Shown: piece by piece, positions 24,549-36,771 of the stretch | How positions within the stretch are numbered: position 1 is the stretch's first letter | Layout: the number at the start of each line of letters is the position of its first letter | Assembly (NCBI GenBank): GCA_951406725.2 | Contig: OX597818.1 | Span: 123,876,001 to 123,940,000 of the forward strand | DNA from: Octopus vulgaris | Taxonomy: Eukaryota | DNA length: 64,000 nt | Reading direction: 5' to 3' | Made by a program: the position numbers and the translations under genes | The notes under the pieces: generated by a model | What the model was told of the DNA's origin: nothing | What the model saw: only the letters and a program-made list of their open reading frames with translations | The model's database searches: none

Positions 24549-25405
24549 CAAGGTGCGTTCAAAAAGTATCCAACTTTATTTTTTCCCACAAAAGCTAATA
24601 TTGCTTGAGGAAAATCCTTTAGGCAGGGGTTGACACTACCCTTCTTGTGCTTGTGTGAAGATTTTTGTACAAGTAGGCCATGTCAGTTCCCAGCTGTTAC
24701 ACTTAGAGTTCAGAGGTGTAGTGCATTCTCATCAGCTTTTTGTTTTCATTCAAGATGACCAAACACACCAAGCAGAGCTCATCACCAGTGATGTTGGTTT
24801 CATGAAGTTTAGGTCATGGTTTGCACAGTCCATTATGTCCTGAGAGATTTCTATGCAGAGTTGCTTCTGCTGCTCCGTCAGTAGCTTGAGGACAAATTTC
24901 ACTGACATTTCTCATATGCACAAACCCACTGGTAAAATAGAATGCACTGATCCTGTGCTTATTCCCACTTCATGACAGTCTTCCGTGACTATTCATCAAA
25001 CCTTCTCAATTGGCTCCTTGTTTTGGTTTGTGGTTGGCCTGCCAGAGCATACCTCACTCTCCATTGAGATGCAGCCATGTTTTGAGCAGTTGTACAACTT
25101 CTTAATCTAAGTTTTGTCCATAGCATATTCACCAAAGGCCTGCTGAGTCTTCTGGATGGTTTGAACTTGAATATCACCAAACGTTTGACAAAAACTTGAT
25201 GCATTCAGTGGAAACAAAAATCTGACAGGCGCACTCTACATGTCTATACTCTATGCATAACTTTCAGGAACTGACATGGCCAACCGGCATGAAAATTTCC
25301 ATGTATGCACCGGAAGGGTGTTGTCACCTCCCATCCAAAGGTTTTGCTCATATGGCTTAGTTTAGCAGGAAAAAATAAAATCAGATACTTTTTGAATGCA
25401 CCTCA
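24549..25405 (-). mobile_element. internally deleted mariner-like element
   Basis: TIRs CAAGGTGCGTTCAAAAAGTATC / GATACTTTTTGAATGCACCTCA, TA on both sides; interior is a diverged inverted relative of 55022-56361. Confidence 0.8.
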
Positions 25406-26607
25406 TATATCTGATTTCTGCTGTAAAGTGTTAACTAACTCCAAAAGCAGTCAAAATGTAACTATTGAAAAGCAGTTAAGGCGATAAATCAAAGAAATTA
25501 ACTTGTTATTACTTGTCAAATGTGGTTTTTTAAATATCCACTATCTAGATTGTCTTAGCTTTTGTTCTTTTCCATGTATCATGATTGTAGGTGCCATTGG
25601 TCAAGGAGCTTCTCTCCCTTCTGTTCCACACAATATATTATCAAACATGTCTTTGTAAGGAGATAGTCAATGGTCTTCTGGTAAGGCCATTGAGTATCTT
25701 CTCTCTCTGCTTTCATATGAAGAACATCTGTCAGGTATGGTTGACCATGCATCTGCATCTATATATACAAGCCTGGATAGGATTTTTTTGAAGAAAACTT
25801 AGACTTTCACATGCCTGCAAGTTGCCCCTCTCCATGTTATCAATATTTATCTAAGGGGAAAGATTGCCAACTTGGGCTGATAGACTTGGCAAGTGTGACT
25901 ACAGAAATAGCTTTCAGAATCCAAAGAGCTGGATCAGATACCCCAAGAATTCTTTGTTTGCCTTCTAACAATCCTGCCAGTCCACTGCTTTGGAACTTTA
26001 TCAGCTTTGAGAGGATAAAAAGCAAAGTTCAGCATCACTGTCATATAAGTTATAGTGTTTGTTTCCTATCTTCCATGGTGTTATATTACTTTGCTTGGAA
26101 ACAAGTGAAGGATGATGACAGGAATGGTATCCAACCATAGAAAATCTGCCTCAATAAATACCATCTGGCCCAAGCAATGACAACAATAATGATGATGGTT
26201 GCTGTCGATTTATGTAGTAAATGTCAGAGTAGAGAGGCAAGCTTCTTGTAAAACATGTTGGAACTATTTTGTGTCACTTAAACTGCTAATGCCTTTTGAG
26301 AATAGCATAATCATATAACTTCATGACTAATTAAGATACAAATTTCAATTTGTTAATCACCTAGAAGTCAAACCATCTAAATTGAGCTACCCTAAAATAA
26401 CTGCTAATTTATTTAAACTTAGCCCTACCTGGACTAACATTATCTTTTTGTTGAAATCTGGTTTTAGTTAATTCCAAAAGTTTCTATGAATTTATCAGCA
26501 TATTTAATATCACAAATATTACGTCTGTTAAATGTTTTCAAGATATTTTTGTGTTGATATTTGCTTATAATTAATGAATGTTTTTTTATTTTTTATATTG
26601 TTTGAAG

Positions 26608-27320
26608 GCTGTCTGAAGGTCATTCAGAGGAGCACCACAGCAGCAACCGCGATTCTGTTGGAGACACCCGCTCCAGTAGTTGTGGATCGTGTGATGATCA
26701 TACCATGGATGCTGTATCCTGCGGGAGTGATGCCAGTGACTGCTTGCAACCAATTACCATGGAGACAAACCCAATCTTCCAGCACTCTCCTGACAGTGGG
26801 ACATTTGGGAGCCTAAGGGATGCTGACTTACACATGGCTCCCTCCGAACTGCAAGAACTGCATCAGCGAAACAAGGATGCACTCTTGCAGCATGAGATTA
26901 ACATGAACTTGAACCATGGCTTACAATGCATAGATATGAGCATTGATCAGCATGATATGCATGGTCTTGAAGAAAACGATAACCTTGTGTCTGTTGCCCG
27001 GACCCATCTTGATGATAAGCTCAGTGAACAGATTGGCAACGGTATTTCAAATGTGGAGTTATTAAAAGCTTGTAAATTAGATTTCCAGCAGAAACTTGAC
27101 CCCCATTCTTTATCCCTTCCCGTACCCATTCAGAACAGTGAGCGTAAGAAGCGGCACTGTTCTGTTGAAGACCCTTCATTGGATGCACTTAGTTCCGCTG
27201 ATAGTGATCTCTCACGTAGCTTACCTCATGGCACCATTGTACAAAAAGGAGATATGATTGAGTTTATCGCTGACAATTTGGTGGAAAAAATTAAAAGGAG
27301 CAGCTCCCTCTCAATGGCAG
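26608..27320 (+). CDS. BORCS6: BORCS6 coding exon 2 (acidic/Ser-rich N-terminal region plus conserved GDMIEFIADNLVEKIK element)
   Basis: Acceptor ..TTTGAAG|G; frame open from 26609 (LSEGHSEEHH..) through ORF 26705; donor GCAG|GTAATA (phase 1). The motif resembles the BORCS6 conserved element (human GDLTHFVANNLQLKIR, from memory). Confidence 0.88.
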
Positions 27321-27465
27321 GTAATATACAAGATGGTTTGGGGAAGAAAACCCCCTAATTATTTTGATTTTTTTTTTTTTTTTTTTTTTTTTTCATGTTT
27401 CATTGCAACATTTCATTTAGTGTCACATTTTTCACATTCTACCTATCATAATAATTGTATAGATT

Positions 27466-27656
27466 ATTGTGCTGGTGGCACGTAAAAAGCACCCACTACA
27501 CTCACGGAGTGGTTGGCGTTAGGAAGGGCATCCAGCCGTAGAAACATTGCCAGATCAGACTGGGCCTGGTGCAGCCTTCTGGCTTCCCAGACCCCAGTTG
27601 AACCGTCCAACCCATGCTAGCATGGAAAGCAGACGCTAAACGATGATGATGATGAT
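27466..27656 (+). mobile_element. SINE-like family C ((GAT)n tail)
   Basis: GTGGTTGGCGTTAGGAAGGGCATCC..CCCATGCTAGCATGGAAAGC..AAACGATGATGAT; more than 14 copies in the window. Confidence 0.85.
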
Positions 27657-28163
27657 TTAATGAAACATGAGCTTACTAACTCATAGCACCCTCTAATCAC
27701 ACCCTACCATCTTAGAAAACTAAGACACATTAGATAATGTGATATTGGATTCACTGTGTGTGTGTGCATATATATATGCACACACACATGCATCAATCTT
27801 TGTTTTAATGTCCAGTTTTCCATGCTTGCATGGATTAGGCAGAGTTCATTGAAACTGATTTTCTACAGCCAAGTGCTCTTTTAGTTGCCAACTCTCACCT
27901 GTTTCCAAGCAGGGTAATGGGGACACACATGCACACATAAGTTCCGTCATAGCTGCATGTTTAAAAAGTTTACTTCCCCACTATGTGATTTTGGATTCAG
28001 TTCTGTTGAGCAGCACTTTAAGCAAGTGTCTTCAACTGTAACTCCAGGCTGACCTATGCCTTGTGAGTGAATTTGGTAGAGAGTAACCTGTGCAAAGCCT
28101 ATCATACATAAGATTGTGTATGTATGTGTATATGAATGTGTGTGCCAATGTTTATATTATGTA

Positions 28164-28398
28164 TTGTAGATCATGTGATGATCATACTATGGAAGTATCA
28201 GGACAATTCCCCTAACAACCGCTACCCCCTTCGTTAATTACCCCCTCTCCAATATATTAAGAAGTTTTAAATCATTTGTTGTGCTCAGTGGGTAATTGTC
28301 CATGGGGGATAAATGTCCTAGACTCACTATGGATGTGGAAGTGACATTACTGACTGCTTGCAGACAAGCCAAATCTTCCAGCCCTCAGTAGGACATTT
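28164..28398 (+). pseudogene. decayed partial duplicate of BORCS6 exon 2, interrupted by a MITE (28194-28325)
   Basis: Collinear similarity to 26680-26806; MITE with GGACAATT../..AAATGTCC ends and 8-bp TSD ACTATGGA (28186-28193 / 28326-28333). Confidence 0.7.
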
Positions 28399-28986
28399 AG
28401 TATATGTAGCATATAGTGTAAGCATGTAGTGTAAATGTTTAAACATCATCACTATCTTTCCAAATTCTGTTGCATTCGACATGCAGAATTTGGTCCTCCA
28501 ATGTCCTCCTTTTTTGGTTGTAAATTTTGGTCTGAAAAATTCGACTTGTATGCCAGAAAATACAATAATCAAAAGAAAGGCAGTGCCTATGACTTATGAC
28601 AGGTTTTTCATTACCAGTGAGAAAACAAAGAAAAAAGAACTCCCACAGCAAGAAGCAGCACATAAGTCATCTACCCTGAGCCAAGATACTTTAACCGTAC
28701 AGTTGTCACAGAACTGAACTTATGTTATCGTTATGCTTGAAAGCAAGAATAGAGGAAGTTATTTTGATTAGACTCATTTATTTCAATTTATGTTTTACAT
28801 CCATTTTTTTCATGCTGACATGGGTTTGACAAATATTTTATCAAGATATGTTTTACAGCCAGATGCCCTCCCTGTTGCTAACCCTTTTGCTGCTTTTCAA
28901 GTACGGGATCTCTTACTATATCTACAAGGCACAAAAATAAAAGTGTAAACATATCCAGGCAAGCACAGGTGCCCACACATTCAAAC

Positions 28987-29022
<36 letters not shown>

Positions 29023-29273
29023 CCGGCTTCTTTCAGTTTTGATCTACCAACTCCACTCAGAAGTCTTGGTCAGCCTGAGCTATAGTAGAACACACTTCCC
29101 CAAAGTGCTGAGCAACAGGACTGAAACTGAAACCAGGGGGTTGCAAAGCAAACCTCTCAACCACACAGTCATGACTTGTCTGCCATTCTTCAAACATTTA
29201 TAGTCTGGAAATTATTTTTTTATTCTGTTTGTGTGCTTGTGTGTGTGTGAGATCACATTTTCAATAAATTGTA

Positions 29274-29839
29274 GCGCCGCCTTGACTGGCCTCTGTGCCG
29301 GTGGCACGTTAAAAGCACCAACCGATTGTGGCCGCTGCCAGACTCCCCTGGCACCTGTGCCGGTGGCATGTAAAAAGCACCCACTACACTCGTGGAGTGG
29401 TTGGCTTTAGGAAGGGCATCCAGCTGTAGAAACACTGCCAGATCAGACTGGAGCCTGGTGCAGCCCCCTGGCTTCCCAGACCCCAGTCGAACTGTCCAAC
29501 CCATGCTAGCGCGGAAAACGGACATTAAACGATGATGATGTTCTTGGTTGTTAACTTTCAATCTTCTCTATCTATATATGCACTAAATTTAAATTGGCAT
29601 ATTCTCTAACCATGGCCATTGCCAGTACCGCCTGACTGGCTCTTGTGCCGGCGGCACGTAAAAGCACCCACTACACTCTCGGAGTGGTTGGCATTAGGAA
29701 GGGCATCCAGCTGTAGAAACTCTGCCAGATCAAGATTGGAGTCTGGTGCAGCCATCTGGTTCGCCAGACCTCAGTCAAATCGTCCAACCCATGCTAGCAT
29801 GGAAAGCAGGCGTTAAACGATGATGATGATGATGATGAT
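29274..29839 (+). mobile_element. two tandem SINE-like family C copies (29274-29540, 29612-29839)
   Basis: Family C core and (GAT)n tails. Confidence 0.82.
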
Positions 29840-30494
29840 CTTCAGACACCATTATTTTACAAATATGCATGAGCGCCATCATTAATGTTATTGGTATGAA
29901 GGGCGAAGAACATTGAAAAACTGTGGCTCTTCACCAAGAAAACGTATATAACTGTGAACATCTTTGATAGCAAAACTTTTTAAACATCATGGGGTTGTAT
30001 TAGCTTCTCAGCCATCAGGAAGGCTCCCTCCCCATGAAGTTTAACATGCAAATACAAAAATTTCCACTGTGTGGTAACAATAAAGACTGTATAGAATAGT
30101 TGAAACTTTTTAGTCAAACATGGGCAGCCTCTCAAGTGCTGATGGCGTGGTAAAAATTTACACAGTCCATTTAACATAAATGTGAGTAACCATTTAACTC
30201 CTCTACAGCAAGAATCCATTTCTGCTCTGGTCCTGTCCTTTACCCCCATACTGTAGCCCCCTGATCTCCTAGCGTAAAGCATCTTCTCTTTGCATGGTGG
30301 CCTCACAAATGTTAGTGGCACAGATAAAAAAAAAGCATCCCGGAAGGGCATCCAACCAAGGAAACTACGTCAAAGACAATGGTGCACAGTGCAGTCAGAT
30401 CCTGTTTAATCACCCAACTCATTCCAGCATCGAACATAGGTATTAAATAGTGATGATGATGGTGATGATATATATACACACACACACAATGTAT

Positions 30495-30891
30495 TTATGT
30501 GTGTTTATTCACTCACACACAATATATATGTGTGTCAGATTAGTCTGAGTGTTTCCTGGTAAGATGTATTTCAGCACAACTTATTATTTAGTCTTTTATG
30601 ACTAAACTAGTATCCCCACCTTCGAAAAAAAGGAGGCGGGTTGCTAGAAATGTGGCAAGACAAAAACAAAATCTATCAAAACAACAGATGAATCCAACAT
30701 AGTCAACAATACTGTAGCAATATGCATATCATCATCATCATCATCATCGTTTAACGTCCATTTTCCATGCTAGCATGGGTTGGACGGTTCAACTGGGGTC
30801 TGGAAAGCCAGAAGGCTGCGCCAGGCCCTGTCTGATCTGGCAGTGTTTCTACAGCTGGATGCCCTTCCATAGGAACTAAGAAATACTTCAG
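30495..30891. repeat. donor of an inverted duplication (copy at 36140-36529); includes a partial family C SINE at 30729-30868
   Basis: Near-identical reverse complement over ~390 bp, including non-SINE sequence. Confidence 0.9.
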
Positions 30892-31124
30892 TTGATAAAA
30901 AAGCAAGCTGTGAGACTACTTTGGAAGTGATTGACCTCTAATTCTTCTTAGCACATCACTGAGGGTTGGGATAAGGTTCCTTAACTGTGGTGGAGGTAAC
31001 CTATCTACATTATTACAGGTATGTCCATGGCAAAGGAAGTAGACTTTGATAGAAAAACAAGCTTTGGTGGTCAACATAAGGTCCTTTAGCATTTAAACTA
31101 TAACCATATCCTGCCAATATATTC

Positions 31125-31262
31125 TACGGGAAAGTTTACGAAAATAAATAAAAGACGAAGGCAGGTGGAGAACAAACAAACAAATGTATTAGTATAGCGC
31201 TCAGGAATAGAAATAGAAAAAGTCTTTTACGTTTCGAGCCTACGCTCTTTGACAGAAAGATA
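31125..31262 (-). mobile_element. Penelope-like remnant with a degenerate minimal hammerhead-like motif
   Basis: Related segments at 34351-34477 and 62019-62140; the minus strand reads TCTTT CTGTCAAA GAGC GTAG GCTC GAAA CG TA AAAGA. Confidence 0.45.
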
Positions 31263-31267
31263 CACAT

Positions 31268-31657
31268 AGGCGCAGGAGTGGCTGTGTGGTAAGTAGCTTG
31301 CTAACCAACCACATGGTTCCGGGTTCAGTCCCACTGCGTGGCGTCTTGGGCAAGTGTCTTCTGCTATAGCCCCGGGCCGACCAATGCCTTGTGAGTGGAT
31401 TTGGTAGACGGAAACTGAAAGAAGCCTGTCGTATATATGTATGTGTGTGTGTGTTTGTGTTTGTCCCCCTAGCATTGCTTGACAACCGATGCTGGTGTGT
31501 TTACGTCCCCGTTACTTAGCGGTTCGGCAAAAGAGACCGATAGAATAAGTACTGGCCTTACAAAGAATAAGTCCCGGGGTCGATTTGCTCGACTAAAGGC
31601 GGTGCTCCAGCATGGCCGCAGTCAAATGACTGAAGCAAGTAAAAGAGCAAAAGAGAG
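31268..31657 (+). mobile_element. SINE family B
   Basis: Matches 10654-11103. Confidence 0.9.
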
Positions 31658-31957
31658 AAAAAAACAAGGAGAGAAAAAATGCGTGTAGGAGCTAACGATC
31701 TATCATGGCGTCCTGACTTCGGACAGTGGTCAGACGCGAGAAGGACAGTAGGGGAGATAACAGGGTCAAGTGACTTCCAATACGAAGGTGCCCCCAACAC
31801 AAAGGTGCGTGTGTGTGTATAAGAGAGTATGTATGTGCGTGTGAAAGAGGGCTGGTGGTCTGGACGTGGAGATGTGGGGATGGGTGTGTGGGTGGTCTGT
31901 TTATGATATTCAAATTAACCAGATGTGGCCTCTTGCACCTACCCTACAGTATCATTA

Positions 31958-32341
31958 GTGGAGGCGCAATGGCCCAGTGGTTAGGGCAGCAGACTCGCGG
32001 TCGTAGGATTGCGGTTTCGATTCCCAGACTGGGCGTTGTGAGTGTTTATTGAGCGAAAACACCTAAAGCTCCATGAGGCTCTGGCAGGGATGATGGTGAT
32101 CCCTGCTGTACTCTTTCACCACAACTTTCTCTCACTCTTACTTCCTGTTTCTGTTGTACCTGTATTTCAAAGGGCTGGCCTTGTCACTCTCTGTGTCACG
32201 CTGAATATCCCCGAGAACTACGTTAAGGGTACACGAGTCTGTGGAGTGCTCAGCCACTTACACATTAATTTCACGAGCAGGCTGTTCTGTTGATCGGATC
32301 AACCGGAACCCTCGTCGTCGTAACCGACGGAGTGCTTCCAC
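31958..32341 (+). mobile_element. tRNA-derived SINE family A, full length, inside a piggyBac-type MITE
   Basis: A/B boxes; TSD ACAGTATCATT at 31946-31956 / 32345-32355. Confidence 0.9.
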
Positions 32342-32872
32342 CACACAGTATCATTCTAAAAATACACAATCACATCATTGAATTTTCAAAGCTACAAAAT
32401 AATGCGTCAATGAATACTCATTACATTTCACAGTCAGCTGAATGCTAAAGGGTCGGAGCAGTTCTAAACAGACTACATTTCCAGCTGCTTCCTACTGTCA
32501 TCGTGGCTCCCTCTTGCTACTGAATCTATCTCCTTGACTGTGAAGATAGTGTCATTAGGAAATGTGCACCCCCTCTCCCTCACTCCACTTCCCAACACCA
32601 TTAGAAAGCTTTATTGCACAGCTGTCTTCACCTGCAGTGGGACTCCTGAGTCTCAGGAATGGTCTTTGTGGTGATCAAGATATCAGGTGTATCTGCAATC
32701 ATGAAATAATGTCACTTCTGTAATTTGTTTGCCATGAGGCTGCATGGTAGTTGTAGCATAAGTGGTAGTAGTTGTGATTCTCCAATAGCTCACATGGCTG
32801 CATTCTTAATTGCTGCTGCTCTTTAAGTACAGCCATCTATCAATCCACAGTTAAAGTGTGTGTGTGTGTGCC

Positions 32873-33172
32873 TTTCCTAACGCCAACCACTCCGTGAGTG
32901 TAGTGGATGCTTTTTACGTGCCACCTCCAGCTTCGCCTGGCTCCAGTGCAGGTGGCATGTAAAAAGCATCCACTATACTCACGGAGTGGTTGGCGTTAGG
33001 AAGGGCATCCAGCTGTAGAAACATTGCCAGATAAGACCGGAGCCTGGTGCAGCCTTCTGGCTTCCCAGATCCCCGGTTGAACCGTCCAACCCATGCTAGC
33101 ATGGAGAACGGACGCTAAACGATGATGATGATTATCATGCTAGCATGGAAAGCGGACGTTAAACGATGATGA

Positions 33173-33175
<3 letters not shown>
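32873..33175 (+). mobile_element. SINE-like family C
   Basis: Family core; duplicated 3' tail. Confidence 0.82.
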
Positions 33176-33211
<36 letters not shown>

Positions 33212-33218
33212 TATATTA

Positions 33219-33543
33219 TATTAATAAAAGGATTTCCAAACTTGTCTGATTTTCACGTTTTATTTACAATCTTATAATGATATAATATAAGATAAAATTT
33301 TGACAGTCAAAAATTGTGAAGCATGACTGTCACCACTACTACATGAACCTGAAGATTGCATAATTTAATGCATGAAAGTACTAGTTCAATCAGAATGAAC
33401 ATTTAACATTCTACTATTTTATTTTATTCTATTATATTATCTTATATTATATCATTATAAGATTGTAAATAAAACGTGAAAATCAGACAAGGTTGGAATT
33501 CCTTTTATTAATATATTCTTCTATACACAATCACACACACCCG
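33219..33543 (+). mobile_element. Penelope-like fold-back remnant
   Basis: Inverted arms ~33219-33295 / 33437-33514 enclose a hammerhead motif; embedded in (TA)n. Confidence 0.6.
33344..33388 (+). ncRNA. minimal type I hammerhead ribozyme motif
   Basis: TGAAC-CTGAAGA-t-TGCAT aattta ATGCA-t-GAAA-GTAC-TA-GTTCA: stem I, core CUGAAGA, stem II, GAAA, palindromic stem III, CUA site. Confidence 0.65.
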
Positions 33544-33564
33544 TATATATATCTATATATTATA

Positions 33565-33612
<48 letters not shown>

Positions 33613-34476
33613 GTATGTGTGTGTATTTGAAAAAATGAATAGAAATTTTTCCACTTCAATAATTAAATGAACTTATAAAACATCTAATTATTCAAGTGGG
33701 AAAAATTATCAGAAAAGCCATTTCTATTGATTCTTTCAAATATATAATACTGTACCAAAGACTTTCCATTTCTTATTCTACTATATATATATATATATAT
33801 AATCATCATTATTGTTTCCATACTTGCTTGGGTTGAATGGAGTTTGTTGAAGCAGATTTTCTGTGGTTGGATTCCCTTCCTGTTGCCAATCCTTAACCCA
33901 TTTCCAAGCAAGGTAATATTTCCCCAAGTTTTTTTTTTTTTTCAGAAAATTGGAAATAAAATGACACTGCTGATATAACAGTGACACTCATTTACAGCCA
34001 TCACAAAATATCAATTCATAGATACACACACACACAAACACATACACACTCTGTCACTCACATGTGTACACACACACACATATATAACTGTCTGTCTATC
34101 CATCTATCCAGACATTCGTACATGCTTACACACACACGGCCAGTTTCTTTAAACTTCTGTCTACCAAATCTACTCAAGGGTTTGGTTGCTCTAAGGCTTT
34201 AGAAGACACTTGCCCAAGGTACCATGCAGTACATTTGAAACTGAAATTATGCAGTGGGGAAGCACACTTCTTAACCACACAGCCATGCCTGCACCTGTAT
34301 GTATATATATACATATATATATAAATGTGTGTGTGTGTATATATATATATAACGGGAAGCTTTATGAAAATAGACAAAAGACGAAGGCAGGTTTACGGAA
34401 ATAAACAAAAGACGAAGGCAGGTGGAATACAAACAAACAATTGTATTAGTATGGCGCTCAGGAAATATAAATAAAA

Positions 34477-35108
34477 CATCATTTTCCATGCCAGCATGGG
34501 TTGGACGGTTCAACTGGGGTCTGGGAAGCCAGTAGGCTGCACCAGGCCCAGTCTGATCTGGCAGTGTTTCTACAGGTGGATGCCCTTCCTAACACCATAT
34601 ATATATGTGTGTGTGTTTATGTAAGTTCGTATTTCCTCTCATCTTCACATGTACTCACTGATTATAAACAAAAGGCTCAGTCATGCCTTGTCTGTTTCCG
34701 CTTCTCTACATAACCATGTCCAGGCTGTTTGTTTTTTTAAAAGACCTTCACTTGGAAACAGGTGTGGTTGGCATCAGGAAGGGCATCTAGCCTTAGAAAG
34801 CTCTGCCCCAATGTACTCCTGCCTAACCCAATCAAGCTTGGAAAAGTTGGCATTAAAGCCACAATGATCATCATCATCATCATTTAGCATCCACTTTCCA
34901 TGCTAGCATGGGTTGGACGGTTCAACTGGGGTCTGGGAAGCCAGAAGGCTGCACCAGGCCCAGTCTGATCTGGCAATGTTTCTACAGCTGGATGCCCTTC
35001 CTAACGCCAACCACTCCGTGAGTGTAGTGGGTGCTTTTTACGTGCCACCGGCACAGGTGCCAGATGGGGCTGGCAAACAGCCACGGACGGTGCTTTTTAC
35101 ATGCCACT
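34477..35108 (-). mobile_element. two SINE-like family C copies (34477-34594, 34868-35108)
   Basis: Family core with (CAT)n at the left end. Confidence 0.8.
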
Positions 35109-35484
35109 GGGTGATAATAATAATAATAATAATAATATATATGGCTGGTGGGGGGTTAAGAAATTCACTTCCCAGTCACAAGATTCCAGGTTTAATCTTA
35201 CTGTGTGGTACCTTGGGTTAGTATCTTCTATCACACCTTTCGACCACTCCAAGCCTTGACTGTATAATTGTGTAGATGGAATGTGTGTGAATCCGATCAG
35301 ATGAATTTTACCTGTAATTCAAATAGCCAGCTGTTTCACTGATTCTACCTGAGGGTTACCTTGAATACAAATGTCTGTGGAATACACAGTCATTTATGCT
35401 GTTACATAACAAATAAGCACATCTGTAGCTTAAACAGTTAGACTCTTCATCAAAACTATCTCAAGGTCTATCTGTGTATGTATA

Positions 35485-35892
35485 CTCTTACTCTTTTACT
35501 TGTTTCAGTCATTTGACTGCGGCCATGCTGGAGCACCGCCTTTAGTCGAGCAAGTCGACCCCGGGGCTTATTCTTTGTAAGCCTAGTACTTATTCTATCG
35601 GTCTGTTTTGCCGAACCGCTAAGTGACGGGGACATAAACACACCAGCATCGGTTGTCAAGCAATGCTAGGGGGACAAACACAGACACACAAACATGCATA
35701 TATATATATATATATATATACATATATACGACGGGCTTCTTTCAGTTTCCGTCTACCATATCCACTCACAAGGCTTTGGTCGGCCCGAGGCTATAGCAGA
35801 AGACACTTGCCCAAGATGCCATGCAGTGGGACTGAACCCGGAATCATGTGGTTGGTAAACAAGCTACTTACCACACAGCCACTCCTGCGCCT
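35485..35892 (-). mobile_element. SINE family B, full length, antisense
   Basis: Reverse complement of 10654-11103. Confidence 0.9.
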
Positions 35893-35909
35893 ATTGTATG
35901 TCTGCAGAT

Positions 35910-36543
35910 TTAACCTTTTAGCATTCAGATTTAGACTGCCAAGCACAATGCTCATTGATTCAAATTGGTTTGAATTAATCCTGCATTATATTGTAGCTTT
36001 GAGATTTCAATGATGTGCTGGCATATTTTTAGAATGACATTGTATGGTAAGTGTGAGAGGCCGAATTTGGTTAGTTTAAGCTATAAAACATGTAGAATAT
36101 TTGGGCCTGATATGGCTAGAATATTTGGGCCTGATATGGCTGAAGTATTTCTTAGTTCCTATGGAAGGGCATCCAGCTATAGAAACACTGCCATATCAGA
36201 CAGGGCCTGGTGCAACCTTCTGGCTTTCCAGACCCCAGTTGAACCGTCCAACCCATGCTGGCATGGAAAATGGACGTTAAACGATGATGATGATGATATG
36301 CATATTGCTACAGTATTGTTGACTATGTTGGATTCATCTGTTGTTTTGATAGATTTTGTTTTTGTCTTGCCACATTTCTAGCAACCCGCCTCCTTTTTTT
36401 CGAAGGTGGGGATACTAGTTTAGTCATAAAAGACTAAATAATAAGTTGTGCTGAAATACATCTTACCAGAAACACTCAGACTAATCTGACACACATATAT
36501 ATTGTGTGTGAGTGAGTAAACACACATAATGTTAAGGGGTTAA
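35910..36543. mobile_element. piggyBac-type MITE carrying a captured 390-bp inverted duplication
   Basis: TTAA-CCTTTTAGCATT .. AATGTTAAGGGG-TTAA ends; insert 36140-36529; 24-bp tandem duplication at 36093-36140. Confidence 0.7.
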
Positions 36544-36589
36544 CATTATAAACCAAAATATTCCTTTTTACTATAGACACAGGGCCTGA

Positions 36590-36771
36590 AATTTTGTGGG
36601 AGGGGGCTAGTCGATTACATCAATCCCAGTGCTTGACTGGTACTTATTTTATTGACTCTGAAAGGATGAAAGGCAAAGTTGACCTCAGCAGAATTTGAAC
36701 TTGCAACATAAGGATCGACTGAATGTCACTAAGCATTTATTTTATCCAGTGTACTAACAATTCTGCCAGCT
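36590..36771 (-). mobile_element. SINE family D, diverged
   Basis: GAAAGGATGAAAGGCAAAGTTGACCTC..GAATTTGAACT core. Confidence 0.75.

Noticed and set aside
26705-27358. 217-aa ORF as a stand-alone gene starting at ATG 26705
   Set aside because: The frame is open upstream to the acceptor at 26608, and a donor at 27321 joins in phase to exon 3; it is an internal BORCS6 exon.
31958-32035. tRNA-like sequence with A/B boxes (also 62462 and the heads of families B and D)
   Set aside because: SINE heads: they continue into a repeated body with TSDs and lack a proper acceptor stem.
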